Below the pieces are notes generated by a model that saw only the letters and a list, made by a program, of their open reading frames with translations, was not told where the DNA came from and made no database searches. The translations under genes and the position numbers were made by a program. Shown here one piece after another: positions 24,350 through 36,291 of a stretch of 64,000 bases of DNA; the first letter of the stretch is position 1; each line of letters begins with the position of its first letter. The DNA is from Callorhinchus milii. Its lineage: Eukaryota. The stretch lies in NCBI RefSeq assembly GCF_018977255.1, contig NW_024704743.1, positions 10,170,001-10,234,000 on the forward strand. Reading direction: 5' to 3'.

Positions 24350-24782
24350 TATTTGCTGTCAACTGTAGTGACTGTGTTTTTGTAGCCAAACACAGCAGCT
24401 TGTGTGCACACAAGGTCCTACAAACACAGCCATTAAGTGAATAACTGATTTATCTGGAGTATTGTTGCCCAGGATACCAAGAGGATCACTTCTCTATTTC
24501 AACCATATCAAAAGGCCTTTAATGGATAATTTGAAGTTGTTTGTGTCTCACCCAGAGGTTGGCACCTGTTACATTGGCATGTCATCTTATACTGTGATTT
24601 TTAAGTCCAGGTGCATAGTGTCATTTGTATAGCGCCTTTCATGTGGGAAGGACATCTCAGCGCTTTGGGACGTCCTCCCGATGTGAAAGGCGCTATACAA
24701 ATATAATTTGTTGTTGTGTAAGACTTGAACTCACAGCCTTCTTCCAGAGGTGAGAATGGCACCAAATGAGCCAATGTGACAG
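24350..24782 (-). mobile_element. Old SINE family B copy with a palindromic L2-tail insertion
   Basis: Degenerate Deu domain and head on minus; insert at ~24622-24717. Confidence 0.6.
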
Positions 24783-26385
24783 CTGGGAAAAATCTAGGCT
24801 TGGGGAGTTCAGGAGAGGGAGAGTTTAGTGAGGCTGTCTGTGGCTTGTACTTAGAAATTTCCTAACCCCTCTTAAGGGTCTGAATTTCTCCACCATCATG
24901 TTGCTCAGTAAATATTACGTGCATTAGAAAGGACGTTCCAAGTGTGTGTTGTCCTTACTTAGCTGACTCAAGGAGAAAAGCACAATAAATTCTACATTTA
25001 TGGTTTGCAGGACTGTGATTCATCTTCACACGCTATTAGGAATTAAGGATACAACCTATACTTTGTGCTCACAGGTAGACCATGTTAGAAAGTACGAACG
25101 TACAGTGTAATACTATACTATACCGGCCATGGAATACTGGGAATGCCAAATTAAATAATTTCCTCTTGCTATATTTTATTTAGCTCTCCCCAGCACTGGA
25201 TGAGGAGTGGTTGTGATAATGAATCTGCATTGAGGGCTTTTTTCAAACAGTTGGTAGAAACACGCATTCACTTGTTATTTGTAATATGTTGCAAGAATGC
25301 CACTGGACTCTGAACCCAATTCGATTCAGCAAATATCCACATAATTCATTAAATAAGTTCCACAAAATGTGACTTAGAGAAATTTATCACGCAGATTTCA
25401 AAAGTTACACTTTGATTGGAATTGTGTGTAAAGCAGTTAAACATTTTTTTCGTCTCAGCTAGTGGTTTATTCTGTGCAGCTGTGTGTAGAACAGGGAAAT
25501 GGAATCCAGATCATGGTATGGTTCCGATTCGAGCTGGTTCAGACATTCTTGTTATTGTCTGCTACTATTGCCAACAAATACACAGTCACTACATTTGACA
25601 GCGATTGCACATGAAGCATTTTGAGAGTTTTTCATTTTAATTACAGAATATTGAATGCAAGGATTATTATTAATTGCAGGAATTGACACAGAAAAGGAAC
25701 ACATGGAACAATTTGCCCAGGGGGACAATGAAGGTAGATAATGTGGGCATTTTCAGGAATTGGATAGAAACTCTAACTTACATTTCTATAGCATCCTTCA
25801 CGCAGGATAATGTCTCAGAGTGCTGTGTGGATACATTATTAACAGCAAAAGTGATTGAGTTGGCTTGGAGGAAGGCTTGGTTATGTTAGACAGAGAGATG
25901 ATATTTGAAAATAGGACTAGTCAGATGGCTCTAGTCGTCTTTTCTAGTCCTGCACGTTCTTATAAGATCAAATTAATTTTTGGCAAGCTTCCTGCTGCTT
26001 GTCCAGCTAGGACCATCTTATCTACTAGGGTTTTGGCTTGCAAGGTTAACAGATGCTGAGTGGGAAGAATCCCTGTCTCATTGACCGGCCTACCCCTCTA
26101 AGTCTTGAAAATCAGCCAGGCTGACTTATCTGTCATCAACAGTGCCCTGAAGTACTGCAGACCTGTCTGGCTCAGGAACTGGACTAACGAGAACGCCACA
26201 AATTCTGACATACTGTGGTCAAGCATGTCACCTTGCAGCCAGATCAGCCCACTTAACTATTCCCCCTCCTCAAGGAGGACAGTTATTAGTTTCAAGCTAT
26301 TTAACAACCAGAGCCAATGGGTAAATAAGGGAAAGAAATTTCTTATTTAACTGGCAGTGCTCCTGATTTGTTAAGAAGTATACAG

Positions 26386-26814
26386 TGTATCAGCTTAGCT
26401 CAGCGGTAGCACTCTCACCTTTAGTTCAGAAGATTGTGGGTTCAAGCCCCAAGTGGAGACTTGGAATCACATAGTCTAAGCTGACATTCCAATGCGGTGC
26501 TGGGGGAATGTTGCATTATTGGAGGTGCTATCCTTCAGATGAGACGTGAAACCGAGGTCCCGTCTGCCTGTTCAGGTGGACGGTAACGATCCCATAGCAC
26601 TATTTGAAAAGAGAAGGGAATTTCTCCCGGTGTCCTAGACAATAAATTCTCAAAATAAAATTGGTCATTCACTCAACGAATGTTTGTGGGATATTGCTGT
26701 TTGCAACTGACTGCTGTGTTTTGCCCACAAAATATACAGTTAATCCACTTTACGGTATATCCTGTGAAGCATTTTGAGAAGTCTCGTCAATGTGATAAGG
26801 TGCTATTTCAAATG
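26386..26814 (+). mobile_element. SINE family B (DeuSINE-like, SacSINE1/AmnSINE1 type), near full-length
   Basis: tRNA-like head (TAGCTCAGCGG; GGTTCAAGCCC); central GATGAGACGTGAAACCGAGGTCCCGTCTGCC...GATCCCATAGCACTATTTGAA recognised as the Deu domain; L2-type tail. Confidence 0.85.
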
Positions 26815-28639
26815 TGACAACAACAAAGTACATTTATATAGCACCTTTCATGTCAGGAAGACATCCAAATTCAAGGATTATTGATGTAAAAAGGTGCATT
26901 ACAACTGTGGCATCTGCCACTCGCTTTGGATTCTACTACTACCCAGTAAAATTTAAGCACATGTCAGTCAATAGATTGACATTTACTTATATGGAGGCTG
27001 CAAATTCCAAATGAATTAAATTCTTCTTGATTCAGGTAATCCCCTGATTTTTCTGGCTCAGGTTGCTACCCCCTCATTTCTTTTTGCACCGTACAATGCT
27101 ACGCTCCCTCTGTTTGGATTACACTGCAGACTTACACTTCCTCTGTCTCATAGTCAGCCATGAATTAGGCTGGGATCTGGTGCATGGCCTGTCAAATGGC
27201 TATGACGAGAAGCAGCTTTTTTTTTCAAAAGGGAGAATAGTGAGAGAGAAAGAGAGAGACAGGCTAATCTGTAACACAGCCTGTCTCGATTCTGCTGTGG
27301 TGTTACTTTCATACAGCCAAGGGAATAAAAAAAACTACAAATTGAAGAAGCATATCCTGAGTATCTTCACCATCTGAGATGACTGTCAATAAGGAACTGA
27401 GGCAATCTTGTGCAGAATCATCTGCTGTTCTCATTTCTCCATGTTTGCACTGTATTGGTTGTCCAGACTGCTCAGACCCAGGCCCCAAATCTTTCCCATG
27501 GTAATGTTATTTTCCATCTCTCTGGTGCATGATGTCAATACAAAACGCTCCTCAGGCTTCCTGGAACGGTTACAGGCAAAATCATTAGAGACCTGAAACA
27601 TCTGGGGTTATGGCCAATTGCATTCCTCCGTGAATACTGGTATCTCAATTTTCTCCGTTTTTTTTCTGTAATTGACGTTACGCAATTGAAGAAATTTACA
27701 ACCAGCAAAGCTTCCAAAGGAGCAGGGGTGTAATTAGGAGGACCTACCTCTCACTTCACACTGGCTACATTTATATCAAGCTGTCAGGGTTTCAGATCCA
27801 CTGCCATTAATCATAGTATCAGCCCAGATCAGGCATTTTGCCACAAGAGTATAGGTTATTTGTTATTCCCCTCCACAGAACAAATAGTGGGGGTTTTCCC
27901 TGTCTTGTCCCCCCGTTCCCCCCAAACTGATCACCTTACATGATATTGATGGTACATTATAAATGACAGCCTTCCTGTGTTCATTTAACATGGTGTAAAT
28001 AACATTGGTTGAAATTTTGTTTTTCAAAAGTACAAATCTGGCTTGTTTGCCTGCTGCACAAATTTACAGAGGTACCCACACAAGTTCAGAGTGGAAACAA
28101 AGCGTAAGAGCCTGAACGCTGAGCTGCCCACCCCCCCAACTCTCTCCCCCCTGCCAATTCTTGTAGTTGTTGCTGTTGTGGCTAGGTAGGTACCACTTCT
28201 GGCTAAGTACTAAGTAGAGGGCCCCAGCTTTGATTCTTGCTCTGTGCTGAATTCACTGATCTTTACCGGTGGGTGGGAGAAGAGCGTATAGTGAGAATGT
28301 TACAAATGGCCTCACCTCCCCCTGTGCTTGGGAGGAGAAACAAATCAGTCATCCCCAGCCTCCAGTAACCCAAGAAACCATTGTGACCTGTGGACTATCC
28401 TTCACAATTCACTCAGCACCTACTCAATGCTGATCGCAAGCAGATACTTTTCCACTTCTGCTGAGTTTATGTGGCCAGAAGCAAAGCTGCTGTAACTGGA
28501 GTGGGAGGCCTGATTTATACCTTGCTCTCCTCATCACTCTGAATTGGGGCAGAAAAAAACATTGTCTGAGTTTCGGGAACATGAGCTCAGTACCACTGGC
28601 GTTATATTGCATGGGTATTTTATGGAGATTAATGGTGAT

Positions 28640-29030
28640 TTATTTCTCCCTCACCTCTGCAAAATCACTCACTTCCATCACTACCTCTCTGCCAGTGCTG
28701 CCAGGAGCATTTTTCATCCCTTCATCGCATCCAGGGTAGACTCTTCGAAAGCCTTGCTAGCTGGACTCCCCAATTTCTTCTAACTGCAGATTATCCAGAC
28801 TTTGCAGCTTGTGTTTCGCAGAGCGCAGAGTATGGAGTAGAGGAGCATGATGCTGAGCCAGGGGGAGGAAGGAGGTGATCATGGGCAAGGTCAAAGAGGA
28901 AGATCTTCGGCCGCGACTTGAAGATGGGGAAGGAAGGGGTGAGGCAGAGGAATAGAGAGAAAGAGCGTTCCAGAGCTTTGGGGCGTAGTTGCTGAAAGCA
29001 CAGCCACTGGTGGTGGAATCGGAGGGCACA
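28640..29030. mobile_element. Two old L2 fragments in opposite orientation (+28640-28810, -28850-29030)
   Basis: HPFIASRVDSSKALLAGLP on plus; AFSNYAPKLWNAL on minus. Confidence 0.7.
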
Positions 29031-29104
29031 ATGATAAAATAATATAAAATAAAATAGCTCCCTGAACTTACCATTCGGGACACCACAATTACATAGGAAT
29101 AGAA

Positions 29105-29605
29105 CAGTGTTGGCTCAGTTGGTAGCACTCTTGCCTCTGAGTTAAAAGGTTGTGAGTTAAGCACTCTGGGACACTACCTTGGGTGAGGGGCACTATATAA
29201 ATGCAAGTTGTTCTTTTTGTTGTTGAGTTCAATCCCCACATCGGGAACTTGTATTTTTCAGGCTGACACTCCAATGCATTATTGGGGTGTGTTGCATTGT
29301 GGGAAGAGTGTCCTTCAGATGCAATCTTAAAAATGACTGCCTATTCAGGTGGACTTTAAAGTTCCCATGATGAGTGGGGTAAGAATTCTACCTGGGTCTC
29401 AAAAAAAGAAGGGTGTTTCTCCTGGTGTCATGGCCCCCAATTCCCCAAGTATCATTGATCATTTACTTTATTCCTGTTTATGGAACACTGTTGTGTGCAA
29501 ATTGGATGGCTGTGTTCCCCTACACATTCAATCATTCTACTTCACATGGTGTCCCAAAGTGCTTCCTGTGAAGCACTTTGGGACACCCTCTGATGTGATA
29601 AATGT
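29105..29605 (+). mobile_element. SINE family B with a 65-nt tail insertion in its head
   Basis: Homologous to 26386-26814. Confidence 0.8.
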
Positions 29606-29935
29606 CTTTCATGTTGGGAAGATGTCCCAGAGCGCTTCACAGGATTTACTCTGAAGTGGAGTGACAGTGTATTTGTGGGTGAACTTGGGGCAGCAAAGCC
29701 CCACAAACAGTCAGGGAGTGAGTCACCAATTCTATTTGGGAGATTGTTGGCCAGGACAGTGGGAGAAACTCCCTTCTCTTTTTTAAACAGTGCCATGGGA
29801 TCTTTAATATTCACCTGAGCAGACAGTTGGAACCTTGGTTTAACGTCTCAACCGAAGGACAGCACCTTCAACAATGAAATATGTACCCATAGCACTGCAC
29901 TGGAATGTCAACATAGACTATTTGACTTAAGGTCC
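29595..29935 (-). mobile_element. SINE family B, tail-to-tail with the previous copy
   Basis: Reverse-complement Deu domain (AGTGCCATGGGATCTTTAA...CCTTGGTTTAACGTCTCA). Confidence 0.8.
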
Positions 29936-30298
29936 CGATATTTTTAACCTTCCCCAGATAATGACTCACTTCATGAATTTTGTGGGACATTGCTGCGCAC
30001 AAATTGGCTGCCTACAAAATACTTCAGTCATAATACAGTAAAATTCTGTAAAGCACTTTGAAACTTCCTCCTGATGTTAAAGGAAACAGATCACAAGATC
30101 ACAAATCAATGGAGGAATGATTGTTATTTATTATTATAAATCATGAGGACACTCTAACGTCATTAATTTAGAGAATGAAAAGCGCCTGCTATAAAATCAT
30201 TAATTTAAAAGAAAAATTTACTTGCTATTATTACTATTTATCATTAATGGGTGCAACCCAGATTAATGAGGTTTTGATGTGGAATTCTGCAGAATGTT

Positions 30299-30645
30299 AA
30301 TTAGAGCACTTGCCTCGCAAGTAAGAGGACCTGGGTTCGGTAGGGCCCAATATTTGGCAAGTTTCCTTACTCCACACGTCTCTGTTTACCTAGCAGTGAG
30401 TAGGAACCAGGTTGTTAATCAATTGGCGGATAACTTTTCTGGGGGTAATAAACACTTAAAAAAATTTAATTGGTAATCATTTGGTCACTCAATCCATAAC
30501 TGTTTGCAGGACACTGCTGTGCGCAATTGGCCGCCATGTTTTGCCCACAAAATATACAGTCAATTCACTTTACAGTATAATCTGTGAAGTGCTTTGAGAC
30601 ATCTCGAAGATGTGATAAGGTGCTATAATAAATTCAAGGATTATT
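30299..30645 (+). mobile_element. SINE family A
   Basis: TTAGAGCACTTGCCTCGCAAG...CAAGGATTATT. Confidence 0.88.
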
Positions 30646-33600
30646 TTTCCATCCGAGAAAAGGCTTGAAAAGTCCGACAAAAGCCGGAAAGCAAAGCAGT
30701 GGCCGTTTTTTATGAACTTTGTTGACTTTAAGGAATAGAGATTTGGCTTTTATCTTGGGTGAGCGGGTGTGTGGGGGGGGTGGAATCAGTCTCAAAATCA
30801 TGTGTCGTGAATCGTTTTGCATTGGATCCAGTTTATAAACTCTGCATTTCGAATGCCTTTAACACTTGGGATTGTGAGCCCATTGAAAATCCATAAGCAT
30901 TGTTTTCCAAACTCTAATGCTGCCTATTGAATAACCTATTCCGCTTCCTTTCAGACAAAAAATATCTGGTTAAAAGTTTTTCTTTTCTCCACACCTCCTC
31001 CACCCACCACCTCACCACCCCCTTCCCTCCCCTCTCCTCCTCCGCGCCAATGTGGAAAACAGCACCTCTCAGGACAGAATTTCCAGCCAAAGTTTTCTCT
31101 GTGAAACTACAGTTATCATTCCATGTGAAGGTCCATGTCCTCGATCCACTGAAGGCCAGTTTGACTGGGGATTTACTGTTCCTTCCCAAAACAGGCACAA
31201 AAAACCAAAGGAAGAGTGCTACCAATTTTACATTTATGTAGCATCTTTCATGTCCGTCATATTTCAAAGCACTTCACAGTATCTGCTGAGAGCCCAAACT
31301 AGGGGAGAAGAGGAAGGAGGGAGTTGGTGTTGTGGTCGGGGGGTTGGGGGGCATAGAAAGTACGGTTGAAAAGAAAGGCCTGATTATGGGCTCTGAAGGC
31401 GGAGAGGGAGTGCACAAGGCAGAGGGACAACGGGATAGAGTACCAGGGAGCGTGGGCAGAATGGCTGTTTAAATTTCGGTCTATTTGCAGTAATTAATTT
31501 ACTCTATTAGAGCAGCAAGCTGCAAAAGTCGATTTAAAACAGCTTAAACAAATGGGTTCACGACTTACAGGGTTGTGGTATAGTGCGGAACGACATTCCA
31601 ATGGAGTTATTATGAGCAGGGGTAATGTCGAACTTGTCTGTGTTATTTACTGAAAAGAACAAGTAATGAATATTTATGATAAGCACTTCCCTTTTTTAAC
31701 CTAACAAATAGCCAGATGTTTTGTGAAAGCTTAGGTCCTCTTTGGAGAAGAATTCTTGGACTAGTCCAGAATGTGTGTATCTGTGTGTGTGAGGGTGGGT
31801 GGGGGTGTGATTTTGAGAATGGGGACCAAGCAGAACGTCTTGGTCTGTGTGGAATGATCAGTGGCATCAGTGAGGGCCTGGAAACAGATTAATAGTTCAA
31901 TGGAATTGTTACCAGTCAAGAGATTTATTCTGTCAGGAATGCTGGCCTTGCATTGGGATAAATCAAACAAGTGACATTGTTTGGAACGTTTGGAGATTTT
32001 AATTGCTTTTACATGTTTCTACAAATGCGTGGCATGCCCTTCACAGCAGCAGAGAGAGTTTTGGCTTCCCTGGTCTAGCTAATTCTATTTATTCCATTCA
32101 TGTCAAGTGACTCTATATAACTGTCATGTAACTTTTGTGCATTTGAACTCTTAAGTGTTGGCTCATCTTGCTTCTGACTAAGGAAAAATATTGTTACATT
32201 TTAAATATATACACAGCATCAAAATAAAATGGAAAAAAAATAGGCCACAATTACTTATTTAGTTTCCTTCACCAGTTTCCTTCAGTGTTTCATTGAGATT
32301 CTGCAGAAGGTCTCAGGCCTTGAAATCTGACTATTGTCTTTCTGATCTAATGCTGGCTGTTAAAGGGCCAGCCATATTGTGTAGGGGCTCTACTGTAGCT
32401 TGTGGAGGCCACAATGGCACTGAGGACATTGTGCTAACATGCTAAAAGCTTTAATGGAAGGCAGTAGGCTGGGTATTATGAGGTCAAATGGGCTGAAGGA
32501 CTTTCTTCATCTGTACTTCTGTGATCTTGTGATGGCTTCTTTAGGCACTTGCTGAGCTGGTAATTCCTTACTTTAACCTGTGTTAAAAATGAGGAAGAAA
32601 TAACAACAATAACTTGCATTAACATAGTGCCCCTCACACACGTGGTAGGGTCTTGCAACACTGAATGATCACTTAATTTGATGCCAATCTGGGGAGAAAG
32701 GGGAGACAACTACAGGCGCGGTCGAAAAGGAAAGGTTTGAGACGTAGTGGCTGAAAACGTGGCATCTGATGGTGGAGCAGTGGGTTCGAGAGATGCACAG
32801 AGTGCCCAAGGCAGCCAGCATAGGGGAAGGGGAAGGGTTTGAGCAGGTTGGAGAGGTAGGGAGATGCTAGGGCCTGAAATGATTTAAAAAATGAGTTGCG
32901 TGCATTTAAAAAAGTATTGGACAAGCACATGTGGGGGAAGGGTATTTGAGGATAGGGGGAAAGAGTAGGAAATCTGGTTTAGGATAATGGCTTCTTGGAG
33001 GAGCAAACACCAATGCAAAAAAGTGAGCCACAGGGTCCGGAATTTACAGCACAGAAGGAGGTCATTCAGCCCATCGTGTCAGTCACATTGTTGGGATAAA
33101 AATCTCCACACTGTTAACTTCAGTGGCTCGACATTAAATAAATTTGAGAGATCGCAAACCCCTACCTAGTAAATATAGGCCATTAGCAAATATAATACCC
33201 TCGTAAAAAAATGACCTCCTATTGTGTCGTGCATTTCTATGGTTCAATAGGTTTTAAAGGTTTCCTGTGAACTTAAACAATAAATAGCACAACTCATGCT
33301 ATGGTCAGTTTCTGACTGTTTCTGAAGCTGACACTGGCTTAGAGCTCTTCTTGGGCAGGAGGGGGAGAGGAATAACCCTTTAATTAATATTGTTGTTGAT
33401 TCATTCAAATGTCTGATGTCATTGGCCGAAACAAAATGAATAATCAGATTATCAAGTCTTCATATTGATTAGCTACCAGCACAATGCACAGTAAATAGTG
33501 AGACATGGAAGATCAACTGTGGTGTCAGCCTAGCTCAGAAGGTAGCACTCTCACCTTTGAGTCATAAAGTTGGTTGTTTACAGCTCCACACAGGATTTTG

Positions 33601-35524
33601 AACTCACTGGCTAGGCTGACACTTCAATACAGAGCTGGGGGAAGCGCTGCATCATTGCAACCTGAGAAACCAGCTATCTCACTGTGCAAGTTGTCTTTAG
33701 TCATTGTTGGTTATATAGACGAATTGCCACAGCTTGGCAGCTTGCACTGTGAATTGGGACAAATGTGGCCCAAAGTTGCGCCTTGTCTTAAGCGAAAGCA
33801 TCATGGAATCAAGTTCCATTTAAACACCGCAGAATGCTATCTTCCAAGCTGTAACTGAGTTCATTTTTGAGCGATCAGGAATTTTAAGAGAAAATGGTCT
33901 TGGGGAGCAAGGCAGAGTGGCAGTGCGGATCCAGGAATTTAGCTAATGTGGTTTGGGTCACTTTTCAGAGGCATGGAAATGAAATTATGAGTACTGTGAG
34001 GTTAGATGGAAATTCAACAATACGGAATGGAATTTTTTTTTAAAAACAGGATGGTAAATAAAATATCTGTGTAAATTAATATTCATAGTAGCACAGTTGA
34101 GGATGAGGCATTTTGTTCACGTCTGAATATAAGTCCGTGCTACCGGAGGTTAAACAAGCCTTAATGCAGATTAGTTAACCAACAGATGTGGATCTTATCT
34201 AAAATATTTCATAAACTGCTCGTGGCACAAATCGACAACAAAAGTGTTGACAGAGCAGTGGAAAAAGAGACATGTTGGCAATTTTGTCCTTTTAGTTATG
34301 AAGAATTTGAACTCTTCTTGGACACACAAGTTTTGTTGCTTTCCCTGCAATGTGTTGGGATCATTTGTTGCTGCACCCACCACTAATGACATTTTCCTTT
34401 GCTGTTTCCTGTGCCAAAGAGTTAGCATAAATCTTTAGCCTGCCATTAGCTTCGCTGAACTGCCCGTATTCATTAGGCTTTGGGTCTTGACCCAATTCAC
34501 TGTACACCCTACTTTGAATCAACTCCAAAACAATGTCCTACAAAACAGCTGCGACTGTACAACTCTGAGATTGTAACATAGTCCCAGAATAAAATGAAAA
34601 ATGAAGGCTTGTCAATAAATCACTCTCGTGCTTGTTCTTGAATTGCTGCTGTTGTCCTTTGGGACTTAAGCAACATTCTTTTACAACAGTAATTTATTGA
34701 TACACAGTTTTGGCACATTTCCCATGTGCGAGTTCAGGCTTCCGTCTACCTCATATCCTTTTTGTACAGTAATTTATCACTCTGGAGTGCCACTTGCTCT
34801 TTCGAGAAGAGCATGGAGAAGGTTATTAAGATATGAGCTTGGCTTCCGTTGCCTCCTGGCTGCATGTAAATCCGCTATGCCTTGTGCTCAGAAACACACA
34901 ACGCACAATTTGAGAACTCAGTTAAAAGGCATGAAGAAATGCAGACTGCTGTTGGAATATCACGGTGGAGCTGCGTGAATTCCAAAAGGATTAATTTGCT
35001 ATCTGCTTGCTGAAATGAAACTAGCTGTAATTGAGTGAAATTTCTCTAAATCCTCTGCTGTTATGAATGGAACACACTCCCCTGTCAAAAACAAATACCG
35101 TCTCCATTATTCACTGACTAGCTCTTGATAGGGTGTGGGGTGGTGGGGGGCAGGGGGGATTCTCTTCACACGAAAGGTAGTCGACAGCTGAAACCATTTA
35201 CCGGCAAGGATGGTAAATAGTAAAGATCCAGGATGGTAAACTTAGTTAAAAATTCAGTCCTTTCAACTTGCAGTGTTTGAAGATGCAGCACTGCAGGGGC
35301 CATAAGATATACTTTCACACTGGACTTGGGAGATTCCAGTCCCAATGAGAAGCAGCTGAAAAGTTAAACATCAAACTGTTTTGCCCATTCTTACTTCCTC
35401 CGAATAGGGGAGCCACTGCTTAAGTCACTACTAAAGTAAATCAATCTGAAAATTTACTTAAGTAAATCAATTTCTCTTCAGCTGTGCCTTCAGCTCTCCT
35501 CTCGATTCTCTACCCTCTCGACTC

Positions 35525-36062
35525 TCGACCACATCACTCCCACAAGATCCTCATCCTCGCCTACAAGGCCATTCACGGCCTTGCTCCCTCCTACCTCTCC
35601 GACCTACTATCCCCCTATCTACCTGCCTGTACCCTCCGTTCCTCTGCTCCACATCCCCCGCCCCAACTGCCCTACCATCGGTGGCTGGGCCTTCAGCCTC
35701 TCAGCCCCTAGGCTCTGGAACTCCATCCCCAGTGCCTTCGCCTTGCTTCCTCCCTTTCCTCCTTCAAGGCCGGTCTCAAGACCTTTCTCTTTGACCGTGC
35801 CTTCAGCTCCGCTCTCAACTCTCTACCCCCTCCTTGCCCCCTCCCTTCCCTCCCCTCACCCTGACCATTTCGCCCCTCCTCGCTTCCTCCCTTCTCTCCC
35901 CTCACCCTGACCATTTCCCCCCCTCCTCGCTCCCTCCCTTCCCTCCCCTCACCCTGACTATTTCCCCCCTGCTCGGGTCCTGACCCAACTGTCCAGCGCT
36001 TTGGGACATCCTCCCGACATGAAAGGCGCTCTATAAATGCAATCTTGTTGTTGTTGTTGTTG
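35525..36062 (+). mobile_element. L2 subfamily A 3' fragment
   Basis: Matches 38325-38862; stem-loop and (TTG)n tail; three copies of a ~45-bp pyrimidine unit. Confidence 0.93.
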
Positions 36063-36291
36063 ATGGGTGACAATAAAAAAAATTGAGTGAAAATGCGACA
36101 TTTGACTTGATAGTTGTCACATTAGCAGAATAATACTATAATAATAACATTATACCAGAATAATATTTTCACCACCAAATATACAGTCACTCCACTTTAC
36201 ATGTATCCTGTGAAGCATTTTTAAACGTATTAATGACACAATAAGGCGCTATATCAAATATAAGGATTACGATTATTCTTAATAATCTTAA

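Noticed and set aside
27430..27592. Open frame on minus after TTTCAG (VSNDFACNRSRKPEE...)
   Set aside because: No recognisable homology and no partner exons; expected by chance.
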